DNA of 64,000 bases from the NCBI GenBank assembly GCA_964016885.1, contig OZ024740.1, positions 130,882,001 through 130,946,000 of the forward strand. The letters run 5' to 3'. The notes under the pieces were generated by a model. It made no database searches and had not been told where the DNA came from. It saw only the letters and a list, made by a program, of their open reading frames with translations. Positions within the stretch are counted from its first letter, which is position 1. Each line of letters starts with the position of its first letter. This document shows, piece by piece, positions 39,800 to 53,856 of this stretch. The DNA comes from Eledone cirrhosa (Eukaryota). The position numbers and the translations under genes were made by a program.

Positions 39800-41800
39800 A
39801 TCGAACCACCCAATCTCCAACAACACCCGATACATCCTTTATTTTCTTCCTAACCTTTTCCGACAGACATGGCAATTTTAAGGGTATATTTCATAGCTAT
39901 ATTTAAGACGACCAGTTCCCAAAAGTATGGTCTGAATAGATGATGGTATGTAGTTGTGGACACTAGGCTGTATTTTATTTTCTAACCTAATGCAAACGAC
40001 CATCTAAATATGAGCCAGATGACTATGCCTCTGCTCTATGTCCACACGGGTGTATTCGTGAAATCTTGTCGGTACCTGTCAGACAGATGGTATTGTTTGC
40101 TCAGCTTCATGAGATTTTGCACAACCCGCATTTATCGACTACGCGACTACAAGAGTGACGTGCGTCTAAGGTACGTTCCAGTCCCCTGATGACATTAAAG
40201 GACCATGTAATTAAGGCGTCCTGGTCCCTGAAAGTATCCAGCCCTCCTACTTAAAGCACCAACTTCGGTATTGCTAACAGCGAAGACCAAATACCTTAAG
40301 TCTGGTTCCACGACGAACTTGCGTACATCGAGATTCAGGACTTTCCTAAAGAGAACCGTCACTCTGACTCTTCTTTGATGACATCTCAGTGATGCATTGA
40401 TTTCAAAGTCATCAACAATGAGGGCGAAAGCGTCTGTGATGAAAATACTTGTCATGCTCACATCCGGCACATTTGTAGTTAGTGATATAATTTTGATGAG
40501 CAGCCTCCTGTCGCCCTGGACAAGCCCATGCTAAATATATGTATGAAACCTACCCTTAAAATTGCCATGTTTGTCGGAAAATATTAAGAAAATGATAGAT
40601 GTATCGGGTGTTGTTGGAGATTGAGAGTCTCGAATTACCTATTTGGCTTGTGTTCCTTTGGGAATCTCTTTAAAACATACCCGGGTTTTTATATAAGGGA
40701 TTACTACGCTTCGCTAGAAGCTCCCTCTGACGGTTTTGGAATACTTAAGTAATACACGAACCATCATTAACTATTTTGGCACATTAAATTGCTGTTGTTG
40801 TAAATCCTCCCGTCTTTGTACATATACTTACGAAGGACATCAATTATTCGCTGTCCTTCCTCAATTGAACGAAAGTTAGTGGCTATATGATTGATTGTTG
40901 GAGATGTGGTGGTATTGGTGATCCTGTTGGGGATAGCGGATTTTGTGTTGAGGGTTGTATTCTTGCTGGTTTGGTGCTGTTGTAGAGATGTCTGTATTTG
41001 ATGTGGATGTGTTTTCTGAGTTCATTGGTGAGTGCGTTGTTGCGAGTCAAGATATGTACTTTGTACTTTTATTCTTTGATTTCAAGATTGTTGGCGTTCA
41101 TTCTCATGTTCCCCTCAAACAGCGGTAACATCGATGTCTCGGATATGACTGAGAGTGGTTTTGCATTTAGAGGAGACTGGGATGGAGATTGAGAGAGAGG
41201 GTGATATAGTGAGAGATAAAGGGTGAGTGGGAGTGTGTGTTTGATTGTCTGTTGTTGTTATAGTGATCTTTCTGCTCTGGTGTTGTTGATGTTGTTTCTC
41301 GTGCTAGTGTTGCTTCTACGATTGTTACTTTTACTGTCGATGTTTCTGGTTTTGCTGGGATTCTTGCCACTGTTGTTTTGTTGCTGTGACGTTTCAGTTT
41401 CTGATGTTGACAGCAACGGTTCCTGGTTTTATGTCTACCGTGGAGAGCAGAACACCTACAGCAGATCAGGTTGCCCAACCACTCAGCGATGCAGGCCAAT
41501 ATTTACAAAATATTCGATCTCTATCTTCACGCTTGTCGTATTCTTTTTTCATATGTTGGTTAGCGCCTACAAATGGCATAGTTAAATTATGAAGGAAAGT
41601 TTCATGGCCAGAGCGTCAGTGTTAAAGAGAAGTGTAAGGACCGCATACTACATGGGATTCGTAATATATTCGTCAGAATTTGGGTTGGACTTCACAATGA
41701 TTCCGTCAACTACAGGACCGGTTGAAATTAAACCACACACATTTTAGCTCCAAACAAAAAGATTCATATATACACACGAATAGACCTTTATAAATCCAGG
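39800..41800 (-). mobile_element. Old degenerate RT-bearing retroelement remnant (PLE-like) with internal inversion
   Basis: ~39810-39885 mirrors ~40551-40625; LYFLP-like and DV-SMTSIF peptides weakly resemble PLE RT. Confidence 0.35.
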
Positions 41801-41840
41801 CCATCGGAGATATCTAAAACAAAAGCAATACCTGCCATTT

Positions 41841-42260
41841 GGATTGGCAGTAATGTAGAGAGACGTATGTCATGCTTTGCAGAATAGAGTTATGCCCTTT
41901 TACGGTCTCAGTTCCAATCCAGCCAAGGTTAACTTTGTCTTTCATACGTATGGAGTCGGTAAAATAAATCACAGTAATGTACTGGGATAATTGTTGGCCT
42001 TATGACAAAAGTAGAAACAATTATTGTTTACGTGGAGTCTTCTTATTATTAATGCAACATTTAGGGTCGTGGATTAGCATTATCGGTATAGAATCGGATG
42101 CCATGCTTTGCATCACAGAGTCACTGTCCTTTACGGTCTGAATTAACTTTGCCTTTCATCCTTACAGGATCGATAATATAAAGCACCAGTAACGTACTGG
42201 TGTCGATTTAATCGACTGCCCCGCCCCAATACTGGCTTTGTACCTATCCTAGAAATCATC
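41841..42260 (+). mobile_element. Two adjacent tRNA-derived SINE copies (41841-42025, 42062-42260)
   Basis: Shared aactttgcctttcat...agtaatgtactgg...tagaaacaatta with 21103-21290. Confidence 0.8.
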
Positions 42261-42892
42261 GTTAATGAAATATTAGTACATTATAAATAGTTACAATAAT
42301 TGTTATTTTCTTGTCCTTTCCCCTATTCTTTGATAAAGAACATTATTATAGCTATGATCACCTTTACGTACGGTCACGATAGAATTCATACAAATAAATG
42401 AAAGACAATCATCGATAGAACACGAGGTGTTTGACAGGAAGTTGAAGTATGGAAAATATTGAAAGAGGAAGTGGAAAATAAGTGTGTTGGCTCATAGAAT
42501 CGAGTTTGCGAAATAAATAAAGGCGATGTACAAAACAAACACACACATCCTTACCTATATATGACTAAACATTGCATCTTTTAAAAGACGCAATGTTTAG
42601 ACAAATCACAGAGGCAATAAACATAAATGAACTCCAACCAAAATTAAATAGAAAACATGAATGTAACAGCAACACCACAACTTACAATTAAGGACAAAAA
42701 TGAAAACACAAACGCACATAGAACAAACAACCAACCAGTAACATGTAAATAAACAAATAATTACACAAATGTAAACACACACAGACACCCGGATGCAACA
42801 CATGCGCAAACTAAGCACACAACACACACAACAACAAGATGGCGTAGGACAGAACAAAGGAGATGCACAAAAAACAAAGAAAATAATCCCCA

Positions 42893-42935
42893 GTCACTGA
42901 AGAGGTCACATACTGTGTGACGAAATAACTTTGAC
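42893..42935 (+). ncRNA. Minimal HHR with extra G after A9, in a PLE-type 3' end (~42530-43068) ending at (TA)n
   Basis: gtca-CTGAAGA-g-gtcaca tactg tgtgac-GAA-ataact-T-tgac; tail atgaccctcccaaa shared with the 25252-26358 family. Confidence 0.75.
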
Positions 42936-43082
42936 AATATATAAACAATCATCTTGTTGTGGAACCAACCAACCGACCGGAAATTTATGAATTGATTATA
43001 ATGAATTGAAGTGAAAGCAACTGGTGTGTGTGTTTCTTAGTGACAACATGACCCTCCCAAAGTATAACTATATATATATATG

Positions 43083-43218
<136 letters not shown>

Positions 43219-43332
43219 TAAATGGAATTCCAACTTTGTCTGATTTACTCGTTCTATTTACAATTCTTTAAAATTTATAATGGTGTCAGAAAGAAATAGT
43301 ATGTTAGAATATGAAATTTTAAGTGTTAATTG

Positions 43333-43367
43333 AACAAGTACTTTCATGCTTTCGCAATCTTCAGGTT
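43333..43367 (-). ncRNA. Minimal type I HHR (U-U at base of helix II)
   Basis: aac-CTGAAGA-t tgc gaaa gca t-GAA-agtact (palindrome)-T-gtt; (TA)n ~115 nt downstream. Confidence 0.8.
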
Positions 43368-43422
43368 TCTATTCTATGGTGACAGTTAAGCTTGCAATTT
43401 TCAAATGTTGAAAATTGCAAAC

Positions 43423-44278
43423 TTGTAAATATGTCATTTTCTGCCCGATGTATGAGGTGAGGCCGTTAAAGTGACCCCCACATAAATAGGCCGTAAGAAA
43501 AGCCGGATTATAGACTCGTTGATATTTCATGCCACTATAAATATAGCAGCACGATACAACATTTTTTTCTCTACATAGAAGTAGAATATATATAAAGTGA
43601 TATAGATCTTCCAGTAGGTACTAGTACCCACGGAAATATTCATGGTGTCTATAACAGTTGTTGTTCAATGGTACTAATTTGAGATACCAGAACTATAAAA
43701 ATGAGCGGAACAAGTAAACATTAAACGATATTTTAAATAAATTAAAATACGATTAGAACGGGTGAATATTTAAATCATATTTTAATTTATTTAAAATATT
43801 GTTTAATGTTTACTTGTTCCGCTCATTTTTATAGTTTTGGAAAACATTCAACAACAACTGTTATAGACACCATGAATATTTCCCTGGGTACTTAGTACCT
43901 ACTGGAATATTTATATCACTGTATATGTATTCTCGTTCTATGTAGAGAAGAAAATGTGGTATCGTGCTGGTAGTTTTATAGTGGCATGAAATATCAACGA
44001 GTCTATAATCCCGCTTTTTCTTACGGCCTATTTATGTGGGGGTCGTTTTAACGGCCTGGTCTATGCATCGGCAGAAAGCGACATATTTACAATCTACAAG
44101 GCTTTGTGCCCTGTGGTATGGAAATAGCTGTCTCAAGAGCTGATTCTTTCCATCAGACATTCTCTGAATTTCCAATCTTTTGATAAGCGAAACCGTCGGT
44201 CACAGCATTAGAACGGGTGAATATTTAAATCGTATTTTAATTCATTAAAAACATTGTTTAATGTTTACTTGTTCCACT

Positions 44279-44284
<6 letters not shown>
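43423..44284 (+). mobile_element. Non-coding ~455 nt HHR monomer with terminal redundancy and 5' fold-back inversion
   Basis: 43423-43754 mirrors 43773-44092; 43752-~43830 repeats at 44207-44284; (TA)n tail. Confidence 0.8.
44127..44206 (+). ncRNA. Type I HHR with G5C core mutation
   Basis: gctgt-CTCAAGA-gct...agc-GAA-accg t cggt-C-acagc. Confidence 0.7.
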
Positions 44285-44326
<42 letters not shown>

Positions 44327-44331
<5 letters not shown>

Positions 44332-44376
44332 TCCCTCTTTCTATTTGTCCCCTTCTTTTGTGACTAATAAAGAAAC

Positions 44377-44377
<1 letters not shown>
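44327..44377 (+). mobile_element. ~50 bp 3' stub related to the Tx1-like LINE end, inside (TA)n
   Basis: aaacctccc...ttgtccc...aataaagaaaca resembles the reverse complement of 23697-23755. Confidence 0.5.
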
Positions 44378-44449
<72 letters not shown>

Positions 44450-45746
44450 CACAGAATATGTTATCTTTTTCCCATCGATGATGGACCTGAAATTACATTT
44501 GACATATCTCCGGAGATCGAGGTGTATGTGACCTTATCAATTGTTCCTTCAAATTAATGTGAAGTGTGCTTAGCTATATACGGGAATAAGTTCTTATGCT
44601 AATAATTTTAAATATGAATATATGAATCTTAATTTTTATTTCATAAATAAAAGAAAATGTAGGCACTCTCATTAAGAGTGCCTTCCTAGATAATGTTTAT
44701 TTGATTTTAAACATTACATGATTAAACAACAGGAAGCATTGTTATTATTTCAAGTAGCTAACTGTAGTTGATTTATGATTTTTTCACGTAGTGCGGTTTT
44801 ATGTGTATCCTTTCAAATGATTATTATTTACTTTTGCAATTATTTATTCATTTATATATCATCTTCAGCATTTCAATGTAATATTATTTATGCTGTTTTC
44901 CACGCAACTTCTCTATAATATTCCTCATGTCTCTTTCGGCCACCTGAATCTATGTCTTTTTTTCTACTTGTTTTATTCAAGTTTCATCAATTTCCATTTT
45001 CCATGTTATTAACCATTTGTTTATTTCTTATTTCAGAATTCTTATTTATCATTTCTTTTGCGTAAATTGCAGTTACCGTTTCATTCTCCGTGCAGTATAT
45101 TATCTTTATTTCATTCATTACAAATCCCCTGTTTTTTTATCTTTCTTGCCCGTTTTTTTTAGCCCACCGTAACTGTCACTTATTTTCACCTTTTATCATA
45201 TAAATCATTGTTTTATCACCACACGATTACATTTATACTTCTTTTTCAATTATTCCTTCTACAATATTAACTTCATTTCCCTTTTTCCTGTTTTCGTATT
45301 TTACGAATTCGTTTTTATTTTGTGATTTTTGTTTTAATACGTTATTTAATTTACACATTATATTACCAATTTTATGCGACAATTATTGCATTTTTCTTCA
45401 TTCTTAAACTCTTTCTAAATCCCTCTGTACAAGAACGTCATTTATATTGACAAACACTTAAATAGACCAGGGAGATACAGATAAATCAATTTCATCGCTA
45501 CATTAACAAGTTATATTAAGAAAACCTTCCGGAATACACAATTAAATAAGAATAACATGGATAGAATTCGTGGCTCAGCGTAGGCACAATAGCGTTAAGG
45601 CAAAAATGAAATATATGTGGACCATGTATAAGGCGGCAATTAAAATTACATTTATTTAATCATTGAAATGTGCGCATGTATGTGTATGGAAAAGCAGATC
45701 ACAAAAAGAAACTATGAAATTCCGTATATATATATGTACAAACACA

Positions 45747-45785
<39 letters not shown>

Positions 45786-45908
45786 GGAGGTGAGTTTTAT
45801 TGTAGTACAATAAAGCAATGCAGATATCGGATAAGAAGCACTCTACAGTTTGTGGGACTGGAGTATGCATAATATAAGATCAAAAGATGTTTAAAGGAGT
45901 TCCATATA

Positions 45909-45975
45909 TTTTATTATGCGCATTTCAAAAACAAACATCATCAAGCAATAATATTTGTGTTTTCATCAGATAAAA
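45909..45975 (-). ncRNA. Type I HHR (same family as 13166-13236)
   Basis: ttttat-CTGATGA-aaacacaaatat...tgttttt-GAA-atgcgcat-A-ataaaa. Confidence 0.85.
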
Positions 45976-46050
45976 CAGGAGAACATGATATGAAGGCTAA
46001 AAAACACTTGTGGATAGTGCAGTTTTAAATCAACATAAATATCATAAAAC

Positions 46051-46436
46051 ATTCTTATGAGATTTTCATTTAGAAGCAATGATTTTAATCGACAAACAGA
46101 TAACGCATTTCCTTTTTTTTTGTTTTTCATGTCCATCCCATTTCTTTGTTTCAAAATAACTGATAGTTTGTTTACACTGATGTTTTTTTCTGAGACAAGT
46201 GTTGCAGTGTTTACATTTTCGATTTTTGTTAATAGATTTGTTTTAACATTCGGCTTATGGTTATGTTTCCTTAACTTCATCAGGCATACACTGGGTTGAA
46301 GGAATATTAATCAAAAGTACAATATGAAAGTCAACACAGTAGACTCTACAGTTTTTAAGCCAAGGGAAGGAAGTTAACAGTGTAACTCTAACATAGCTAC
46401 TGAGCAGTTCCGATCAACGCAGGGTTTTACTGCTAG
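46051..46436 (+). mobile_element. 3' half of a non-autonomous Helitron-like element
   Basis: Homologous to 53361-53768; ends gggttttactgCTAG then T. Confidence 0.7.
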
Positions 46437-46849
46437 TAATTGAATAAAAGAGGACAGTGATATGACTTGATACGGGGGTGAAACATTTACTTCCCTTGCA
46501 TCGTGTCAATATTTTACAATTTTAACGCTTTTGTAGCCACATTTCTGATGAAAGTTACTGCCTATGATTGTGAAAACTAACAAAATTAGAGGAGTTTAAT
46601 AATATAACTCATTACTAAGCTGTTGTTAGTAGTATAAATTAAAGATTCTTAGATAAAATTATGATGGAGGATTCTTAGTTAAATATAAACACTTTAAAAC
46701 TGTTTTGCGTCATAGAACCATGGGTGGTTTCAGGCAGTTTGTTATCAAAAGTGATACATGATCAAACACAGTTTCTTTAGAGCATTGAGTATAGTTTCAA
46801 TCATCTTTAATATATTTCTGCGACTTATTGAGGCCCAGAAAGAGATTAT

Positions 46850-47097
46850 GAACCTATGAGGGGAGGTCCATTTATGCTGTCGCTTGATCTTCTTCAAATA
46901 ACAGGTAAACCTCTTACAAATAAATTACACCCTACCTACTCCTTCTTGAGAAGTAATGGATACATTGGATAATTTAGTAGTGGTACACATATATCCAAAG
47001 CCCGAAAGAAGTATGGGCTGGATATGGCTGGAATGCCTTTGGTCATCATATGTTTGCTCATCCAGAGCTGGCCTTGGGTTAAATGATAACAACAACC
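46850..47097 (+). mobile_element. Second SINE-like family (related copy ~50370-50610)
   Basis: Shared ...tttg(g/a)tcat...gctg(g/a)cct(t/g)ggg...aacaa end. Confidence 0.5.
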
Positions 47098-48185
47098 TCA
47101 TTTTTTTATCAGTGTTTATAGAGACAGAATAGTGTATAGGATCAACAGTTCATGGATACTCAGCTCAATTGGATTGTAAGTGTTTTGGTGTGTTTCAAGA
47201 CAAGACACTTTATTCCACATGCCACATTTTATTTGAAGAACGAGAATACTTAGTAAAACCTCTGAGAAACGTTTTTAATTTTAAGATTAACACTTTTAAT
47301 GTTTATTTTTTAACCTACTTTTATATTTCCCTGAAATATTAAACTCCATCTTACAATGAAGGTGCCTCCATTGGGTAATTTGATTTGTTAGAAAAACGGT
47401 AGCTGGTTCGTGCCTTCAGTTTACAATAATTCTCTGTGCTACCTATTACATAAGGAAATAAAAAATGGAAACATACAAGATTAAGAATGCAAATAATCCT
47501 GAGGTAAAATACATAATTTCTCAAAAAGATTAAAGTTGAAAAATGTGAAATCTTTAAAAAGTAAACAAGTCTACATCATAATCAAATTCATACAACCAAG
47601 GAAATAAACATACGTTAAAGACAATGATGATGGTGGTGATGATGATAATGATGATGATGAATTACCTTGATATAGATCTGAGTGAAGCTAGATTCACCAG
47701 TTTTTCAGTTTAATAACCCATCCAACCCATGCCAGTGAGGAAGGTACAAAACACAGTATCAAATACTGGTCTTGTTTTTAATAAGATGTCAGTTGTGCTT
47801 CAGAATGGATGATTCTGATTATCATCTTTATTAATATACAATGTGAGAAATTTAATATAAATCAGTGTCAACATTGTGGGAAAGCACTATATTCAAATGA
47901 CCTCTCCCAAACACACACACACACACAGATTAAACAACAACAAAACACTGAATGCAGTTGACCCAAGACATTTAACATAACTAATGTATCCATTACGTTG
48001 CCTGTAATTATAAAACATTGTATACATAGTGAACACAATACAAAGTGTTACTTCTGCTATCATGCTGGAGGCGTGTGGTTATACATGCTTTTGTTTAAAG
48101 GTGATTATTTAATTTACAATGTTAACAGCTCGAAATATGGAAGTTGCATTACTTATCGTCAAGATAGTTGGATTAGTGGTTAAAG

Positions 48186-48290
48186 CAGAGGTTCTCAAAC
48201 TCTTTCGACCACCGACCCATTTACGGCCACGTAAAACCCTGAGCACCCCCAAACTTATTTCTAGAGAAACCCGCCTACATGAAAATTTCA
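48186..48290 (+). mobile_element. Possible left end of a hAT-Charlie-type MITE
   Basis: Begins cagaggttctcaaact, like Charlie TIRs; no right TIR found. Confidence 0.4.
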
Positions 48291-48297
48291 AATAATA

Positions 48298-48520
48298 TCA
48301 TCAGCATCACCGTTTTACGGCCATGCTTCCATGCTAGCATGGGTAAGACGGGATGTCCTGTTGTGGGCAATGCCAGGTCAAGTGACCCTGTCTTGCTCTT
48401 ACAGAACTGATTTTGGCTTGATTTCTACAGCTGGATGGCCTTCCTAGGACCAACCTTATTTACAGTGAGCACTGGCTGCTTCTTTACCGTGGCACCTAAA
48501 CGAGTACGTAACAGTGTGGA
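48298..48520 (-). mobile_element. RTE-tail SINE fragment (related plus-strand fragment ~49265-49310)
   Basis: (cat)n-like end, ttccatgctagcatggg, ttctacagctggatggccttccta. Confidence 0.55.
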
Positions 48521-48655
48521 CTGGGTGCTTTTTTGTTGTGACACCTACACAACCACTTTACAGAGGGAGGGAGGTTTTGGCATATTGTCTATATGCTTCA
48601 GATTCGGCTTGTACCCGTGCAAAGTCAGGTCTTCTGTATTATTAAGTAACGCCAC

Positions 48656-48717
<62 letters not shown>

Positions 48718-48719
<2 letters not shown>

Positions 48720-49205
48720 TCATCATAATCATCATCATCATCATCATCTTTTTATATCCGCTTTTCTCTACTTGCAAGGGTGGGACGGGTCCTATACAGT
48801 ACACCATCTCTCTACTTGTCACGGACCTACGTCATCTCCTGTGATCTTCAGCGATCTGAGGTCTGCTCTCACCACCTCTGCCCATGTGTTTCGTGGTCTT
48901 CCCCTACTCGGTCTTCCTTCTACTGGCATTTCTCGGGACTTCTTTCCACAGCAGTCATCCTCCATGTGCATCACATTTCCATTCCTACGCAGTCCTCTCT
49001 CCCGCACACTACAACATATCCCTCTTAAATACAGTTTCTCTCTAAACACATCCATGCTCGGTCGTTCACGTACATTGACATTGCATATCCATCGGAGCAT
49101 GCTTGCTTCATTTCTTTCCTGCCGTCGCATAACCTCCGCAGTTGCTGCCCATGTCTCACTACCATGCAGCATCGTGCACCTCACACATGCATCGTATACC
49201 CGGCG
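48718..49205 (-). mobile_element. RTE-clade LINE 3' fragment with (GAT)n tail
   Basis: MLHGSETWA, MLRWICNV, VEGRPSRGRPRNTW. Confidence 0.88.
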
Positions 49206-49639
49206 TTACTACTTAATTCATATATATATTAAGTAACTAGTAGCATAACATTAGTATGTCCAAATGTGGTTGATGTTAGGAAGGGCATCCATCTGTAAAA
49301 TCCCGGCCAAATTTACAGTCCTGTCAGAGCAAGGTACGATGTGGTCAATCGTGACCCATATATAGTAAATATAATAGTTAAAGGTGTTCAGTAAGGATCT
49401 AAGTTTTGGGAATTCAATTCCTGGCAGTGCATTGTGTCCTTGAGCATGAAACTCAAATGTGTAAATTTCGTGATGCTACTTCACAATGGATAATTTTAAG
49501 AGAAAACTAAAATGTATGTTTGTATCAATAACATGTAGATTCTATTCTGTAATAATTGAAAAAATAAAAGCTAAGCAAACTATGTTTTCTTAAATGAACT
49601 CACTGAGACAATTTCATAATTATTTGATTAATAGGAAGG

Positions 49640-50245
49640 TAATGATTGTTTCTGATTTAGGCACAAGGCCAACAATATTGGGGAGGGGGCTTTATTTTAT
49701 CGACCCCATAAGGATGAAAGGCAAAAGCTAACCTCGGTGGGATTTGAACTCAGACTGTAAATGGTTGTAACTCCGTGTTACAAAGCTTGGTGTCCAACAC
49801 TCTACCGATACAGTCAATTCATCGCCTTAATAGGAAAGTAATAATTGTTTCTGATTTAGGCATAAGGCCAACAATTTTAGGGGAGGTGAAGTTGATTAAA
49901 TCAACCCCAGTGCATATTGGTGTTTTATTTTATCGACCCTATAAGGATGTAAGGCAAATCTAACTTCGGCAGGATTTGAACTCAGAACATAAAGAGATAT
50001 AACTATATGCTGCAAAGCATGTTGTCCAATACTACCAATCCACAGCCCTGGGAACGTAATAATTGTTTCTACTTTTGGCACAAGGCCAGAAGTAACCCAG
50101 TGCATTACTGGTACTTTATTTTATAGACCCCATAAGGATGAAAGGCAAAGTTAATCTTGGCGAGATTTGAACTCAGAATAGCAAGGGTCGTAACTCCATG
50201 CGTCAAAGCATGGCCTCCAACCCTCTACCGATACTGCCAAATACC
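49640..50245 (-). mobile_element. Three tandem tRNA-derived SINE copies (49640-49828, 49839-50049, 50058-50245)
   Basis: Each has aattgtttct...aaggcca...aggatg(a/t)aaggcaaa...gatttgaactcaga. Confidence 0.85.
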
Positions 50246-51001
50246 CATGCTTATCACAAGGGAATTAGCACACTATGTGACATAATACTGGCATTTTGAA
50301 TTGGTTCAGAAGCATGTATCTTATCTATTGTACCCACCAAATACAATCATGCACCAAGAATAAAACAAGAGAACCCGTATGTGCTTACTCAAGCTACTAA
50401 AAGTAGCAATCATGCTAGAAATAGCAAACAAACCATCCTCAAATTATATGCTACCATCTTAGAAAAGAAAATTCATATTAGAAGACGATCATTAATTGCA
50501 GTGTTTTTTTGTGGTGGTGGTGGTGGGGAGACAGGATATTCATGGTTAAAATATCTTTGATCATATGTCTGTTAGATTAAGGCTGACCTGGGGATAACAA
50601 AAGCAACAGTAATGGCAGCAGCATTGACAACAAGAATAACAAGAGTATTACATGCACACATACACACATACACACTCAGAAACACAGACACAGAAACACA
50701 CACATACACACACATGTATATATATATATACACACTCACAGACACACACATAGACAGACATGCACACACACACAGATACACACAGACACACACTATTTAC
50801 CAATAGTTTTAATTTGATAGCATTTCTTCTGAAGAAATCATGACAGTAAAATCTCATAGGTGGAGATGTATTTTAATACAGATGAGGGCGTATAGGTTGA
50901 CATACTGAAAGTAGACATTGAATAGTTCTCTCTATAACAGTATCTACTGTAAAGATGTATTTCATAGTACTTCAATGTGTAGTACTAAGTAAACATACTA
51001 A

Positions 51002-51193
51002 ATAATATTTTCTAATGTTGGCACAAGGCCAGCAATTACCCCACGTACATTACTGGTGCTTTATTTTATCGACCACGTAAAAAAGAAAGACGAAGTTAAC
51101 CCCGGCGGATTTGAACTCAGAACGTAAACGGATGTAACTATGCTACAAAGCATGGTGTCTGATGCTCTACCGATACTGCCAAATCACCACCCT
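51002..51193 (-). mobile_element. tRNA-derived SINE
   Basis: Same family; gatttgaactcagaacgtaa B-box. Confidence 0.82.
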
Positions 51194-51374
51194 AACAATA
51201 TGGCCATTCTGTGTATTGGCAGAATTGAAACTGTTTCTAATAGGGAGACATCCTATGAGCTAGGTAGTTCTGGCTGATAAAAATAAAAAAGAAACACAAC
51301 CAAATTCACATAAGTATTTCACAAATATTGTCAGGTTTCAAAATTGTTATAATGTTGGGGTTGATATATATTGG

Positions 51375-51761
51375 GTTCTGCTATAGGTACATGGCCAACA
51401 AATATGGTGGGAGAGGAATGTCGATTAAAATTGACGCCAGTATATTACTAACAGTTTATTTTATCAACCCCGTAAGAATGATAGGCAAAGCTAAACTTGG
51501 CAGGATTTGAACCCAGAACAAATTCGCTGACACTACACCTGAGATCCCTCTCCATACACACGTACACATGTATGTCATGACTCATACACTGTTTACTATC
51601 CTGACATTTGTGCATTATTCTATGTACTATACATGCACCTTTGATGAGTTGTAGTGCACCTGAGCACTCTACACAATAATTTCATTAGTATAATAATAAT
51701 ACTAATAATTATTATTATTATATTGTCCGGCGCTCTACCGATACTACCAATCCACTGTCCT
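51375..51761 (-). mobile_element. SINE split by a LINE-type 3' end fragment (~51520-51720)
   Basis: SINE halves at 51375-51519 and 51722-51761; insert ends in (TAA/TTA)n. Confidence 0.55.
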
Positions 51762-52760
51762 AAGGGGTTGATATATGATACTTCTTTGTTCTACTTAATT
51801 TCCATTTGATACTGCGTCATACATTGGCCTGTTCCTGGATAGACTCACTTGCCTGTGAGTTTTTGAATAACATGATGTTGCTAGCCACTTACCCAACTCT
51901 TCTCTATTTCTGGAGAAAGAGATTCTGTGATACCATTTTATATAGAAACTCTGTTTTGCAATTCATTTTAGTTCCAAATTTATTGTGTTATACACAAGAA
52001 AGTATGGTTTCTCTGACCATATTGCAATTTTGGTTGTTTTATTCATTCCAGTTACCAATAGCCTAATTTTGCAAACCTTCCAAGACTAGGTTTATTTAGA
52101 GACGGCCTTTCCACGCCTCGTCATAGTGCAACACTGGGTTGTGAACGTTTTCTTGGGAGCTACAGGTGTCACCCATAGTAGTTTACTGCTGTTGATTTAG
52201 AGTTGCTTATTCATCTGGCCGCTGGCCATTTATATCGCAACTAATCATCATATCTGGTGACCGTACCGCTCTCCGCCATCTGCAACCCGTTCTCTAGCAG
52301 AAAGGAAGTATGGTAGTATTTTAAACCCCCTCTCACACACATACCTCCCCAAATTCCTTTGGATTAATTATTTTACCTTCATTCAGCTATATATTGCAGC
52401 CAATAGCTTACTGAAAATGTTGTATCTCCTCTTTATCTTTCTTACAGCTACTATATATATTTTTGCAAATAATACATTTATGGGGATGGTCATTTGCATA
52501 CAATGCAGGCTTTTGGGGTTGGTTTTATTGAATAGCAGTACCACTAACACAACATTATTTTAAATAGAGTTATATATATATAATCATCATGATCATCTTC
52601 ATTTGACATCTATTTTTCCTTGTTTGCATAGGTTAAACTACATAAACAATAACAAGTTGATGGGACTAGCATAATGTAGTTAAATTTAAATTTCTTTAAT
52701 CATGGAATGTGCACATATGTATGTATGGAAAAGCCGATCACAAAAAGAAACTATGAAATT

Positions 52761-52825
<65 letters not shown>

Positions 52826-52858
52826 TATATGTACACACACACACACACTATATATATA

Positions 52859-53768
52859 TCTAATATATATATAAAACTGTGGTTGTCTGACTGTCTGTCT
52901 GTCTACTAAAACGGTGGGCGCACATCTCCTCCTGAACCGTACGTTAAGATTTCGGTGAAATTGCTACACATATAGATGAAGGACAGGCGGGGGACATCGG
53001 TCAAAAACAATTTTCAAATCGACCCACGCCAAGTGCAAAAATCGAATTTGTATATGTATTGATTTTTCAGTTCAATTGTATAAATAGAAATGAGAGACGA
53101 GTTATTTCCCTTTTATGGCGTCATTCTGTCTATCTATTTACGTTACGAATATACGACGCGTGCAAAAGTACAATAATTCTCGAACAGTTTTCGGACCAGC
53201 AACATTTTAACCTGCAAAATTCATGAGTTCGAAGTTTCCATGTTAATCTACCATTTTGCTTCTTTTCCATTTAAAACAATATTTTTACTTGAAAACAATC
53301 TATTTGAATACACCGTAAAACGAGCAAATATTTTGTAAAAAATGTATTGTTATCGAATAAATTCTTATGAGATTTTCATTTAGAAACAATGATTTTAAAC
53401 GAAAGACAGATAACGAATTTTGTTTTTTTTTGTTTTTCATGTCCATCCAATTTCGTTGTTTCAAAATAACTGATAGTTTGGTTACACTGATGTTTTTCTC
53501 TGAGACAAGTGTTGCAGTGTTTACATTTTCGATTTTTGTTAATAGATTACCAGTGCAGTTTTTATCCCAAGCATCCCCTTTTGTTTTAACATTCGGGTTA
53601 TGGATATGTTTTCTTAACTTCATAAGGCATACTCTGGGTTGAGGGAATATTAATCAAAAGTACCACATGAATGTAAACAGTTTTTTTAAGCTTAGAAAGG
53701 AACATAACTTTGTAACGTTAACACAACTTCCGAGCACCCCCCGAACTAAGGCTGGGTTTTACTGCTAG
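52859..53768 (+). mobile_element. Non-autonomous Helitron-like element
   Basis: A|TC start (tctaatatatatataaaa, then (tgtc)n) and CTAG|T end; no TSD. Confidence 0.75.
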
Positions 53769-53774
53769 TATATA

Positions 53775-53856
<82 letters not shown>

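Noticed and set aside
40186-40245. CTGATGA...GAAA motif
   Set aside because: Helix I does not form and helix II is offset
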